Source of the DNA: Erysipelotrichia bacterium
Lineage (GTDB): Bacteria > Bacillota_I > Bacilli_A > RFN20 > CAG-826
Direction: 5' to 3'
DNA length: 64,000 nucleotides
Assembly: GCA_012522695.1 (NCBI GenBank)
Contig: JAAYJX010000107.1
Coordinates: 22,408 to 86,407, forward strand
Numbering within the stretch: the first letter of the stretch is position 1; each line of letters starts with the position of its first letter. Shown one piece after another: positions 28,741 through 38,783 of the stretch. The notes beneath the pieces were generated by a model, which was given only the letters and a program-made list of their open reading frames with translations, made no database searches and was not told the origin of the DNA. Both the position numbers and the translations under genes were made by a program.

Positions 28741-30131
28741 TATAAATCCTCGACTTTAATTACCTTATAATATTCAGCGATATGTTCATCACTAATCCGT
28801 TTTAATTCACTTGTTGGGAAAATACGTAAGAGCTCCCAGCCTAATTCTAATGTTTCAATAACTGTGCGATTAGCATTAAAACCTTGCGAAATGTATTTAT
28901 TTTCAAATTCTTCAGCAAATTTTGCATATAGTCTATCTGTTTCAGAAAGAGCACTATCACCTAAAACAGTTGCTAATTCTTTTGCTTCCTTACCACGAGC
29001 ATAAGATGAAAAAAGTTGGTTCATTGTGTCACTATGATCACTTCTTGTTTTGCCTCTACCAATCCCTTTATCTTTAAGACGAGACAAGGAAGGCAAAACA
29101 TCAATTGGTGGTAAAATACCTTTCATAAATAAAGGTCTTGATAAAATAATTTGACCTTCTGTAATATAACCTGTTAAGTCAGGAATTGGATGTGTCTTAT
29201 CATCTTCTGGCATTGTTAAAATTGGTAGTTGAGTAATTGAACCTTTCTTTCCAACAATCCGCCCAGCACGTTCAAATAAAGTTGCTAAGTCAGTATACAT
29301 ATAACCAGGATAACCACGACGACCAGGGACTTCTTTACGTGCACTAGAAATTTCTCTCAATGCTTCAGCATAGTTTGTAATATCTGTAAGGATAACAAGC
29401 ACATGCATATTTAATTCATAAGCTAAATATTCGGCTGCTGTAATCGCCATTCTTGGTGTAGCAATTCTTTCAATAGCAGGGTCGTTTGCTAAATTAACAA
29501 ACATGACTGTTCGTTCAATCGCGCCTGATTTACGGAAGTCTTCAATAAAATAATCGGCTTCTTCAAACGTAATACCAATTGCTGCAAAAACGACTGCAAA
29601 CTTTTCATCAGTTCCTAAGACTTTTGCTTGTCGAGCAATTTGTGCGGCTAATTTAGCATGAGGTAAGCCCGAGCCTGAAAAGATTGGTAATTTTTGTCCA
29701 CGCACTAAAGTATTAAGTCCATCAATCGCGGAAATTCCCGTTTGAATAAATTCACTAGGATAGTCTCGGGCAACCGGGTTTAAGGCTTGACCATTAATAT
29801 CTAAATGCATATCAGCAATCACAGGACCTTTATTATCAATCGGGCGACCTAAACCATCAAAGACACGACCTAAAATATTTGGCGCGACACTTAATTCAAT
29901 TCCGTGACCTAAAAAGACAGCCTTTGCATCATCAATTTTCATTCCTTGTGATGATTCAAAAAGTTGAACAAGAGCCTTATCTTCGTTAATTTCTAAAACT
30001 TTGCCAAGACGAACTTCACCATTAGCGAGTTTAACTTCAACGAGCTCATCGTATTTAACATCGCTAACTTTTTCAACAAGCATTAAAGGACCGACAACTT
30101 CTTTAATTGTTTTATATTGTTTAATTGCCAT
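28740..30131 (-). CDS. ntpB: V-type ATP synthase subunit B
   Basis: 463 aa. Non-catalytic B subunit with P-loop-like SGSGLPH. Confidence 0.92.
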   Translation of the reverse strand: MAIKQYKTIKEVVGPLMLVEKVSDVKYDELVEVKLANGEVRLGKVLEINEDKALVQLFESSQGMKIDDAKAVFLGHGIELSVAPNILGRVFDGLGRPIDNKGPVIADMHLDINGQALNPVARDYPSEFIQTGISAIDGLNTLVRGQKLPIFSGSGLPHAKLAAQIARQAKVLGTDEKFAVVFAAIGITFEEADYFIEDFRKSGAIERTVMFVNLANDPAIERIATPRMAITAAEYLAYELNMHVLVILTDITNYAEALREISSARKEVPGRRGYPGYMYTDLATLFERAGRIVGKKGSITQLPILTMPEDDKTHPIPDLTGYITEGQIILSRPLFMKGILPPIDVLPSLSRLKDKGIGRGKTRSDHSDTMNQLFSSYARGKEAKELATVLGDSALSETDRLYAKFAEEFENKYISQGFNANRTVIETLELGWELLRIFPTSELKRISDEHIAEYYKVIKVEDL

Positions 30132-30134
30132 TTT

Positions 30135-31898
30135 TTATTCCTCCTTTAAAGCTTGGAATTCACTTTCCATCAAAAGCATAATATTTTTAACTTCGTTTTG
30201 AGCTTCTTTTTCTTTGACGTATTTTAATCGACCGATACGTTCATTTACTTTCATCATTTCAATCGCCCGTAAATCTTTATTTTGTCTAATCGCAACATTA
30301 GCTAAGTCATACCATTTTAAAATAACTTGAATCATCAAATATTGTTTATCAATTGAAGTATAAGTATCAATTTCGTGATAAGCATTTTGGTGTAAAAAGT
30401 CTTCACGAATCATTTGCGCAGAAAGTAATTTAATTCGATCTTCTTTTGAAAGAGAATCAACCCCAACAAGACGAACGATTTCTAAAAGGGTTGCCTCTTC
30501 TTGAAGAAGAATTTGTAAACGCCTAATTAAAACATTCCAATCTTGATGATAATTAGTTGTAATATCTTCATGAATAACATCTTCATATAAACTATAACTT
30601 TTAAGCCAATCAATCGCCGGGAAGTGACGTCGATAAGCAAGTGTCGCACTTAAGCCCCAAAAAACTTTAACGATGCGTAAGGTAGCTTGTGAAACTGGTT
30701 CAGACGTATCGCCACCTGGAGGAGAAACAGCACCAATCGCCGTAACTGCACCTAAACGTTTTTCATCACCTAAACAACTAACATATCCAGCTCGTTCATA
30801 AAATTCAGCTAAGCGAGACGAAAGATAAGCTGGATAACCTTCTTCACCTGGCATTTCTTCTAAACGTGAAGACATTTCGCGAAGTGCTTCTGCCCAACGT
30901 GAAGTTGAATCCGCCATAATCGCAACTTTATATCCCATATCACGGTAATATTCAGCAATTGTAATCCCGGTATAAATTGAAGCCTCGCGAGCGGCAACAG
31001 GCATATTTGAAGTATTCGCAATTAAAACTGTTCTTTGCATTAAAGATTCGCCCGTCCGTGGATCTTTTAGGTGAGGAAACTCCATTAAAACGTCAGTCAT
31101 TTCATTACCACGTTCTCCACAACCAACATAAACAATAATATCAGCATCGGCCCATTTAGCTAATTGATGTTGAACAACAGTTTTACCAGAGCCAAACGGT
31201 CCAGGAATTGCAGCAATTCCGCCAATTGAAAGGGGAAATAAAGAATCAATAACACGTTGGCCAGTTACCATAATTTTATCTGGCGCTAACTTTGATATAT
31301 AAGGACGTTTTTTTCTAACCGGCCAATATTGAATCATATTAATTTCTTTTATTTCTCCGCGATTAGTTTTAATTTTTGCAATCGTCTCACTAACCGTTGC
31401 TTCGCCCTTATGGAGCCAAATTAAAGTACCTTTAACTTTCGGCGGAACTAAAATATAATGTTTAACAACTTTAGTTTCATTAACAAATCCTAAAATCATT
31501 CCACTACTAACTTCACTATCAACTTTCGCACTAGGTTCAAATAACCATTTCTTTTTTCGGTCTAATTTAGCAATATCTATACCAAGAGGAATGTGCGCAC
31601 CGTATGCATCATAAATACTCGTTAGAGGACGTTGAATTCCATCAAAAATTGATGAAATTAAACCAGGTCCAAGTTCAGCCGATAAAGGTTCATTAGTAAA
31701 ATAAACAGGTTCGCCTGGTCCGATCCCGGCTGTTTCTTCATAAACTTGAATTGAAGCTAAATCACCGCGTAGTTCGATAACTTCGCCAATAAGTTTTTTA
31801 TGTGAAACACGAACGACATCATATACTTGGACGTTTTCCATCCCACTTGCAACAACAAGTGGTCCGGCAACTTTTGTAATTGTTCCTCTTTTTTCCAT
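30135..31898 (-). CDS. ntpA: V-type ATP synthase catalytic subunit A
   Basis: 587 aa. Walker A GPFGSGKT and the non-homologous insert region typical of A subunits. Confidence 0.93.
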   Translation of the reverse strand: MEKRGTITKVAGPLVVASGMENVQVYDVVRVSHKKLIGEVIELRGDLASIQVYEETAGIGPGEPVYFTNEPLSAELGPGLISSIFDGIQRPLTSIYDAYGAHIPLGIDIAKLDRKKKWLFEPSAKVDSEVSSGMILGFVNETKVVKHYILVPPKVKGTLIWLHKGEATVSETIAKIKTNRGEIKEINMIQYWPVRKKRPYISKLAPDKIMVTGQRVIDSLFPLSIGGIAAIPGPFGSGKTVVQHQLAKWADADIIVYVGCGERGNEMTDVLMEFPHLKDPRTGESLMQRTVLIANTSNMPVAAREASIYTGITIAEYYRDMGYKVAIMADSTSRWAEALREMSSRLEEMPGEEGYPAYLSSRLAEFYERAGYVSCLGDEKRLGAVTAIGAVSPPGGDTSEPVSQATLRIVKVFWGLSATLAYRRHFPAIDWLKSYSLYEDVIHEDITTNYHQDWNVLIRRLQILLQEEATLLEIVRLVGVDSLSKEDRIKLLSAQMIREDFLHQNAYHEIDTYTSIDKQYLMIQVILKWYDLANVAIRQNKDLRAIEMMKVNERIGRLKYVKEKEAQNEVKNIMLLMESEFQALKEE

Positions 31899-31913
31899 CT
31901 TTTTACTTCCTTT

Positions 31914-32222
31914 CTAAAAGAGCTTTAAACCAATCGCTCTTTCCACATCCTTTCGTAATTTTTCTAAACCTTCACCACTTGGATCTTGATCAATTGCCAA
32001 AGCAATAATAATCGGAAAAGATTTATCACTAAGCCTTTTTCTTACATCCTCAAAATGATGTTGTAAACGTTCATCGATAATAATAATTTGTTTTGTTTTT
32101 ATAAACTCATTCATATGCTTTAACAAAATGTCTTCATCTACAACTAAAAAGACATCAAAACCAAAACTTTTAAATAAATAAACATTTTCGGTTTTAGAAA
32201 TTACTAAGACTTTATTTTCCAT
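31914..32222 (-). CDS. ntpG: V-type ATP synthase subunit F (Enterococcus NtpG)
   Basis: 102 aa. Position between the C and A subunit genes and a V-ATPase F fold-like sequence. Confidence 0.7.
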   Translation of the reverse strand: MENKVLVISKTENVYLFKSFGFDVFLVVDEDILLKHMNEFIKTKQIIIIDERLQHHFEDVRKRLSDKSFPIIIALAIDQDPSGEGLEKLRKDVERAIGLKLF

Positions 32223-33164
32223 TTACTTTATTTCACTCATTAATAAAACATCACGATTTGCATAAAGACGTCTTAAATCAATTACTTCAATTTGTTTTAA
32301 AATAACATATTTAATAATCGCAGCCGAACTTTCTAAATTAATTTCAAGTGGTTTTAATTCCTCAATTAATAAAAGTAATAGTCGTTGCTCAAGTAAAGCA
32401 TGGTCATGTGTTTTTAATGCTTCTTCTAAGGGTTTAGCAAATTGGCCCATATAAAGATTAGCGAATTTATTAAAAAGTTCATCATCACTTGCCCCTGCTA
32501 TTTTTTTAATATCACCAACTTCTAAAGTTCCATGCGTTAATAGATGTAGACTTAATTCATCCATCTTTAATTTCATTTTACGAAAGCGTAGCATCGTTAA
32601 TAAATTACTAATATCAGTCGACATTTGAAAATAAATTAATAAGGATTGATCTTTACTTTTTATAATTTTTTCATATAAAAGATCTTGAAAAGTAAGCTGC
32701 AAATAAGTTGCAAGTTCATTTACATTATTAAAACTTTTTTCATTTGTCTTTAAAAGAAGCGTTTTATAAGGCTCGATTAAATTTGTATAATCATCAAAAA
32801 CAAAAGCATCTCTTAATACTTTTTCCTTAATAAAACCCGCTTCGATAAAAACTTCATCTTTAATTTGAAAAAGCTTCTTTTTGTAAAAAGACCTTATATT
32901 AACTAAATCGTAGTTTGTAAAAAAGATCATAACTAGTTGATCATTTTGCACGACTTCTAAAAGTTCTTTTTTTAAATGAAGAATTTCACCATCCACAAGT
33001 TTATGTAGCGAACTATTTTGATGACCTAAACCATAGCCAAAAGAGTGCAACTTTAAAACAAAGTTCTCATCACTAACTTTTCTTAACTCTAAAAAGTGTT
33101 CTTTGCTAAGTAAAGAACTTTGTTTAGTTCCTAAATATGCACTTGCGAATGTATAATCAACCAT
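32223..33164 (-). CDS. ntpC: V-type ATP synthase subunit C (eukaryotic d homologue)
   Basis: 313 aa. Position between the E and F/G subunit genes; helical. Confidence 0.7.
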   Translation of the reverse strand: MVDYTFASAYLGTKQSSLLSKEHFLELRKVSDENFVLKLHSFGYGLGHQNSSLHKLVDGEILHLKKELLEVVQNDQLVMIFFTNYDLVNIRSFYKKKLFQIKDEVFIEAGFIKEKVLRDAFVFDDYTNLIEPYKTLLLKTNEKSFNNVNELATYLQLTFQDLLYEKIIKSKDQSLLIYFQMSTDISNLLTMLRFRKMKLKMDELSLHLLTHGTLEVGDIKKIAGASDDELFNKFANLYMGQFAKPLEEALKTHDHALLEQRLLLLLIEELKPLEINLESSAAIIKYVILKQIEVIDLRRLYANRDVLLMSEIK

Positions 33165-33821
33165 TTATTTTTTGTTGTCCTTAAAAAGAAGTTCAAATAA
33201 TTGTTTTTCTTTTTCTTTGCGAATTTTTGCTAAAATTGGCACAACACTAAAATTTAAATCAAAAGTTTGACCAATTAAAATGAAGCCTTCGTCTTCGTTT
33301 GAGGGAATATTTTCTAAAGAAAGGGTATATTTTTTGCCTAAAGATTTATTTAATAAATCAAGGTCTACGAGTTTGCCTTTTGGTTTAGTTGATAACGCTT
33401 TTAAATATTTGTCGTATTCGTTTTTAGATACTCTTAAAACTTCATCACCTTGAATGTTTTCTTCTTTAATTAAACTTACAACAAAGTCTAATAAATCTTT
33501 TTCCTTAAGGTTTTTAAAGTGTTCTAAAACATCATTAAACAAATCATCAATTGCTTTATTTTTAAGCGCAGCAATCGTTTGCCGAAATTCTAAATCTAAA
33601 ATCGCGTCTTGTTGAGCAATTTCACTCGCGCTTTTGACTTTAGCTTTTTCAACAATTAAAGCAGCTTTTTTCTCAGCCTCATTAATAATTTGGTGTCTTA
33701 AAAATTCAGCGTCTTTTTCAGCCTTTTGTTTAATGAGATTACTTTCTTCTTCGCCTTTTTTAGCGATTTTTTTATAAATTGACATTTTTAATCTCACTTT
33801 TAAACAGCAATTGTTGACCAA
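33165..33821 (-). CDS. ntpE: V-type ATP synthase subunit E
   Basis: 218 aa. Charged coiled-coil N-terminus (KIAKKGEEESNLIKQKAEKDAEF...) plus globular C-terminus. Confidence 0.75.
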   Translation of the reverse strand: MVNNCCLKVRLKMSIYKKIAKKGEEESNLIKQKAEKDAEFLRHQIINEAEKKAALIVEKAKVKSASEIAQQDAILDLEFRQTIAALKNKAIDDLFNDVLEHFKNLKEKDLLDFVVSLIKEENIQGDEVLRVSKNEYDKYLKALSTKPKGKLVDLDLLNKSLGKKYTLSLENIPSNEDEGFILIGQTFDLNFSVVPILAKIRKEKEKQLFELLFKDNKK

Positions 33822-34273
33822 AGTAAAATACTAACGAGTAAAGCTAAAATTGCGTAAGTTTCGACAATTGCTGTCATCGTCATACCACGCGTCATTAGTT
33901 CAGGCCTTTTTCCTGTCATTAAAATAGATGTTGCGGCAATCTTACCTTGAGCAATAGCAGAAACTAATCCGACAATTGCAATTGGAATTGAAGCACCTAA
34001 AAGTGCCCAACCTTGCCAATCACTTAGTTCAACGACTCCACCACCTATGAGGCCGATTTTTTGCATAATTAAAACGCCAAGCAAAAAGCCGTAAATTCCT
34101 TGTGTGCCTGGTAGAGCTTGTAAAACTAAGACACGTCCAAACAGTTCTGGTTTTTCACTAAGAACACCATTTCCTGCTCGTCCGGCAATTGAAACGCCAA
34201 TTGCAGAACCAATACCTGCTAATCCGGCAGCAAGTGCTGCACCAATAATTGATAGAACTAATCCGTAACTCAT
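33800..34273 (-). CDS. ntpK: V-type ATP synthase proteolipid subunit K (duplicated 16-kDa c-type)
   Basis: 157 aa, 4 TM. LQALPGTQGIYGF, SAIAQGK and IVETYAIL match the Na+-coordinating T/Q, Q and E positions of Enterococcus hirae NtpK. Confidence 0.88.
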   Translation of the reverse strand: MSYGLVLSIIGAALAAGLAGIGSAIGVSIAGRAGNGVLSEKPELFGRVLVLQALPGTQGIYGFLLGVLIMQKIGLIGGGVVELSDWQGWALLGASIPIAIVGLVSAIAQGKIAATSILMTGKRPELMTRGMTMTAIVETYAILALLVSILLWSTIAV

Positions 34274-36231
34274 TTTCTATCTCCTTTCTTCTTTCTTTTA
34301 TTTATTTTCGGCACGAATTCAATTTCATGCACTTGTTTTAGACGAATGGCAAAAGGTTCAAAAAGGTAGCCGTCACCTTCAAAGAACTTATTAAAAAATT
34401 CAATGTATTGCAAACGACCATCATGAACATAAGCCGATAGTAAGCCCATTGCAAAATTAAAAATATGACCAATTAAATACACTAATAACGATAAAATAAA
34501 ACCAAACCACGATCCTTGAATCATCTTAGCAAGTAAGTTCATCGTTGAAGCAATAACAGCAGAAGATAAACTTAAAGCTAAAATTCGTGAATAAGATAAA
34601 ATATCACTTAAATAACTCGTTGATGAATATATCGCGCCTAAACCTCCAGTAATTTTACCAAAAATATTTTTGCTTTTGCGTCCAGCTAAAAATAATAAAA
34701 TAAGCGCGCCTAAACCAGCAAAGCCTAAACCGATGTACATCAACACTTTAACATCGCCCCAAATAACCATTTGTGCAGCAACAAAAAGTAAACCAACTAA
34801 AACTAAAATCCAACTTAAACCATCGGCAATCGCCCCTAAAATATCTTTTCGTTTAATTAATAAAGCCATCTTTAAACCAAGGCCATTAATAATATGCAAA
34901 ACACCAAAGACAAGCGAAAATCCAAGCATAATAATTGGGTCATTAACAGGATTTAAAATAACACTCGTCCAATTTTGTTGGCCAAAAATCTTGCCAACTA
35001 AATGTCCTAAGTCAAAATCTGCACCAAAAAAGCTCCCAAATAATATCCCGGCAAGTACAGAAGTAATACCTGAATAAAAGAAAACATATAAAAGTTGTTT
35101 AAAGCCACCTTTTGGTTTTAACAACCAAAGACCAAGACCAAATAAAATAAGCATTAAAAGACCATAGCCAACATCACCCATCATAATCCCAAAAATAATC
35201 CAATACCAAAACGCCATCATTGGGTTAGGATCGATTTCTTTATGGTTTGGAACTGAAAACATATTCGTAATTGTTTCAAATTGCGAAACAAATTTATTAT
35301 TTTTTAATGCCGTTGGCGGAACTTCATTTTCTTTTGGATCGCTAATATCCATTTCGAAATCGGTTGTTACTTTAGAAATTTCTTCTTTTAATAAATCAAC
35401 TTGATCACTTCTAACCCAACCATCTAAATAAGTTGTGTGCTCAGTTTTAGCAAAAACAACTTTTTTCCGGTCAATTTCTGCTTGGAGGCGATCATGAAAA
35501 ATTTCAAGTTCGCTTTTATTTAAAGCGAGTGTTTTTATTTCATCATTTAAAGTTAAAATTCGTGTTTTTGTTTTTTCTAAATTAACTTCTAATTCTTCAA
35601 CATATTGTTTTAATGTTAAATCGCTTTTTGGAAAGTCGACTTCAACGAACGATTGAGAAATTAAATCTTCATTAATACTTGCGTCTTCTTCATAGTATGA
35701 AGCATAAAATAAAGCCGGCCCGTAATTAGTTAATTGTAAAGTTTGATAAGGCAATTCTTTTTCATCTAAGTACTTAGTCGCTTCTTCGATACGATCCTTT
35801 TTAATTAAACCGATATGATAACGAGCATATAAAGCAGAAGTTAATTCGTTTAAAGGAAAATCAATTTCTCTAAAGGGAGTAAATTTGTCGGCTAAAAGAG
35901 ATAGTTTTTCTTCTTCTTTTTTTACTTCTTCTAAATGTAAAAGTTTTTCTTCGATTTGCAAAAGAAGATCAAGTTGTTGTTTATCATCAAGCATAAATTT
36001 TTCATAACTAACTTGATGAAAGCGGAAGAGAGGTTTTTTCTTTGAAAAAGTTGGTAATTCACTAAGAACTTTACTAATCCTTTGTAAAAGAGCTGTTTCT
36101 TCTGTTACGTCTTTACTACTACTTGCTGAAGGAATAATCATAAAAAGCGCAGATTTTTGTAAAGCTTTTAAAACTAAATCTTGTTCGCTTTCAAAAGTAA
36201 ATAAACGTGCTTTTTGAACTTTAACGATCAC
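34270..36231 (-). CDS. ntpI: V-type ATP synthase subunit I (a-subunit homologue)
   Basis: 653 aa. N-terminal soluble coiled-coil half plus C-terminal multi-TM half with a conserved Arg-containing helix. Confidence 0.9.
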   Translation of the reverse strand: MIVKVQKARLFTFESEQDLVLKALQKSALFMIIPSASSSKDVTEETALLQRISKVLSELPTFSKKKPLFRFHQVSYEKFMLDDKQQLDLLLQIEEKLLHLEEVKKEEEKLSLLADKFTPFREIDFPLNELTSALYARYHIGLIKKDRIEEATKYLDEKELPYQTLQLTNYGPALFYASYYEEDASINEDLISQSFVEVDFPKSDLTLKQYVEELEVNLEKTKTRILTLNDEIKTLALNKSELEIFHDRLQAEIDRKKVVFAKTEHTTYLDGWVRSDQVDLLKEEISKVTTDFEMDISDPKENEVPPTALKNNKFVSQFETITNMFSVPNHKEIDPNPMMAFWYWIIFGIMMGDVGYGLLMLILFGLGLWLLKPKGGFKQLLYVFFYSGITSVLAGILFGSFFGADFDLGHLVGKIFGQQNWTSVILNPVNDPIIMLGFSLVFGVLHIINGLGLKMALLIKRKDILGAIADGLSWILVLVGLLFVAAQMVIWGDVKVLMYIGLGFAGLGALILLFLAGRKSKNIFGKITGGLGAIYSSTSYLSDILSYSRILALSLSSAVIASTMNLLAKMIQGSWFGFILSLLVYLIGHIFNFAMGLLSAYVHDGRLQYIEFFNKFFEGDGYLFEPFAIRLKQVHEIEFVPKINKRKKKGDRK

Positions 36232-36535
36232 GGTGATAAACCTCTTTTGTTACTATGTTAGCGAGTTCAACTTTTTTCTTTGTAATACTTTGGAGTAATT
36301 TAGTTTGTTCTTTATTTAAGTTTGCTTGAAAGGCTTCTTTTTTTTCTTCGATTATTTTTTTTGTTTTGGCTTCAATTTCTTCTTTTTCTTTTTTGGCTAA
36401 AGAAAGAAGTTCGTTAGCTTTTTCAGTACTCTTTTGTTTTGTTTTTTCTAACAAGTTTTCTTGATAGATTTTAGCATCCTCAATTAAGGCATTTGCCTGA
36501 CGTTCTGCTAAGATAATTTTCTCCATTGGTTTCAT
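36221..36535 (-). CDS. ntpF: V-type ATP synthase subunit G/H (Enterococcus NtpF; peripheral stalk)
   Basis: 104 aa charged helical protein. It is the first gene of the operon, as in E. hirae ntpFIKECGABD. Confidence 0.7.
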   Translation of the reverse strand: MKPMEKIILAERQANALIEDAKIYQENLLEKTKQKSTEKANELLSLAKKEKEEIEAKTKKIIEEKKEAFQANLNKEQTKLLQSITKKKVELANIVTKEVYHRDR

Positions 36536-36645
36536 ATTCTAGACCTCGCTTTTTTGACTAAATCACAAAGAGTAATTTTAACATAAAATTATTTCTTTTT
36601 CTATAAAAGACTCCTATATTTGCTAAATATTGTGCTTTTTTTCAT

Positions 36646-37254
36646 CTATTGTTGCCCTTCAATAAACACCGATAATTTCCTAATCAAACTATAATATTGA
36701 GCATTATAATAATCACGAATATCTAATTTTGTTAATTCGATAAATTGATTAATGCGATATAAAAAAGTATTCCGATGAATATAAAGTTTTTTTGCCGCGT
36801 TAATCCCGTTTAGCCCACTACTAATAAAAGCATCGGCTGTCATTAATAAATACATGGGGATTTCTGCAAATTTACGTTGTGCTAATTTGATTAGTGAGTA
36901 ATCATTTTCTAAAGCTAATTTAAAAAATAAATCAGATAAATGAATAAGGTTTAAAATTCTTTTTTCTTTTGCTTTTTTAAAGGCTAATTTAGTTAAATCA
37001 CTATAATCGTGACTTACTAAAAAAAGAAAAAAATGGCCAGTATCACTTGTTATAACTGGCAATAATGTTTCAAGGTGATCGACTAAAGAAACATCTGCGA
37101 CTAAGTAGCCACTTTTCTCATTTAGAAAAACAATTTCTTCAATTTTTGTTCCTAGGCTATTTAAAGCGTCTAAAAAACGCTTCTTTTCAATTTCAAGAGG
37201 TGAATTAAAAAGATAGTACTTAATCATACTTATATTATTGTGCAGGCTGCACAA
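36646..37254 (-). CDS. PucR/CdaR-family transcriptional regulator
   Basis: 202 aa. C-terminal PucR-type HTH (AAKKLYIHRNTFLYRINQFIELTKLDI). Lies directly upstream of the ntp operon. Confidence 0.65.
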   Translation of the reverse strand: MCSLHNNISMIKYYLFNSPLEIEKKRFLDALNSLGTKIEEIVFLNEKSGYLVADVSLVDHLETLLPVITSDTGHFFLFLVSHDYSDLTKLAFKKAKEKRILNLIHLSDLFFKLALENDYSLIKLAQRKFAEIPMYLLMTADAFISSGLNGINAAKKLYIHRNTFLYRINQFIELTKLDIRDYYNAQYYSLIRKLSVFIEGQQ

Positions 37255-37264
37255 ATAGTAAAGA

Positions 37265-38038
37265 CTAATTACTTTCTTCTTTATCGATTACTTCACGGGC
37301 AAGCGAAAAATAAGCTAAGCTTCCCGATGCACTAGGTCGAAAAATCGTTACAGGGACACCGCGAAAACTAGCTTCGGGAATCGAAATATTACGAGGAATA
37401 GTCGTTAAAAAAGTATTTTCTTTGAAAAGGCCCCTTATTTCTTGCGATATTTCAATACCTAAACGCGTCCTAGCGTCATACATCGTTAATAAAAAACCTT
37501 CGATTTCTAAATGGGGATTCGAAGATTTTTGTGTATTTGATATAGCAACAAGCGTTGGGCTTACAGCTTCAAGAGCAAAATATTCACATTGAACAGGAAT
37601 TAAAACACTGTTCGCAGCAACTAAAGAATTATAATTTAGTGTCCCTAAAGATGGAGGACAATCAATAATGATATAATCATAATCTTTTTTTAATGTTAGT
37701 AATGTTTCTTTTAATAAACTTAATTTATCAACAACTTTTTCTTCAATAGCTGAATCTATCGAGGCCAGTTTTAAATTAGAAGGAACGAGTTCTAAATGTT
37801 TAACGACAGTCTTTTTTATTACACGATTAAGATCGTAATTTTTAACTAAAACATCATAAATTGTTTTTGGTTGCAAAGCCGGGTCAAAGCCAAGACCACG
37901 TGTTGCATCACTTTGCGGATCTAAATCAATTAATAAGACTTTACGACGAAAATGAGCTAAGGCGCTCGATAAATTAATTGCCGTCGTCGTCTTACCAACC
38001 CCGCCCTTTTGATTTACAATGCCAATAATTTTCGCCAT
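37265..38038 (-). CDS. parA: Chromosome partitioning ATPase ParA/Soj
   Basis: Deviant Walker A KGGVGKTT. Start trimmed to MAKIIGIV (ATG rc at 38036-38038). The longer track ORF would overlap rsmG by 20 nt. Confidence 0.85.
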   Translation of the reverse strand: MAKIIGIVNQKGGVGKTTTAINLSSALAHFRRKVLLIDLDPQSDATRGLGFDPALQPKTIYDVLVKNYDLNRVIKKTVVKHLELVPSNLKLASIDSAIEEKVVDKLSLLKETLLTLKKDYDYIIIDCPPSLGTLNYNSLVAANSVLIPVQCEYFALEAVSPTLVAISNTQKSSNPHLEIEGFLLTMYDARTRLGIEISQEIRGLFKENTFLTTIPRNISIPEASFRGVPVTIFRPSASGSLAYFSLAREVIDKEESN

Positions 38039-38078
38039 GATTAAATAGTTTATACTACTTAAGATATTTCTTAAATAG

Positions 38079-38783
38079 TTAAAGTGGTTTTGTTGCAATC
38101 AAACTATAACTACGAGGATAACGAATTGGTGTGATATCGTTTTTAACGATAAAAAGGGTAAAACGCGTTTCTTTTAAATTAGGTAATTCATCTTCATATT
38201 TATTTATAAGTTTACATTTTAAAGTTAAAAAAGCTTTGCGTGCTTGCGTAATTTCACTATGTGCTTTTTTGCCTTTCATCGCAATCAAACTACCTTTTAC
38301 TTTTAAAAGAGGGATCGCTAGTTCTAATAAAATATTAAGTTGTTTAACCGCCCGGGCAATAACAAAATCAAAACTTTCTCTTAGTTTATTTTGTGATTCA
38401 GCGCGCCCAACAATAACCGTAACATTTTTTAAGGATAGTTTTTCAACCATCGTTTGTAAAAAATGAGCTTTTTTTTGATTAGGTTCTAATAAAGTAACAT
38501 CAGCCGATTCGTTAAAAAGGGCAATAACTAAGCCTGGAAAGCCTGCACCACTACCAAGATCGATAATTGATTTATCTTTTAAATCGACATATTGAAGAGG
38601 AATAAGTGAATCATAAAAATGTTTTTCATAAATTTCCTCTTTTTTTTCTAAAGCCGTTAAATTAAAAAGTTTATTCCAATTTTGTAATTCATCGGCATAA
38701 AGCTTTAATTTTTTTAAAAGAGCATCATTAACGTTTAAACCTAAATGTTGTGTAATGGCAGCTTTTAAGTTTTCTAAAGTCAT
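38079..38783 (-). CDS. rsmG: 16S rRNA (guanine527-N7)-methyltransferase
   Basis: 234 aa. SAM-binding motif IDLGSGAGFPGL. Sits in the mnmG-rsmG-parA order. Confidence 0.88.
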   Translation of the reverse strand: MTLENLKAAITQHLGLNVNDALLKKLKLYADELQNWNKLFNLTALEKKEEIYEKHFYDSLIPLQYVDLKDKSIIDLGSGAGFPGLVIALFNESADVTLLEPNQKKAHFLQTMVEKLSLKNVTVIVGRAESQNKLRESFDFVIARAVKQLNILLELAIPLLKVKGSLIAMKGKKAHSEITQARKAFLTLKCKLINKYEDELPNLKETRFTLFIVKNDITPIRYPRSYSLIATKPL

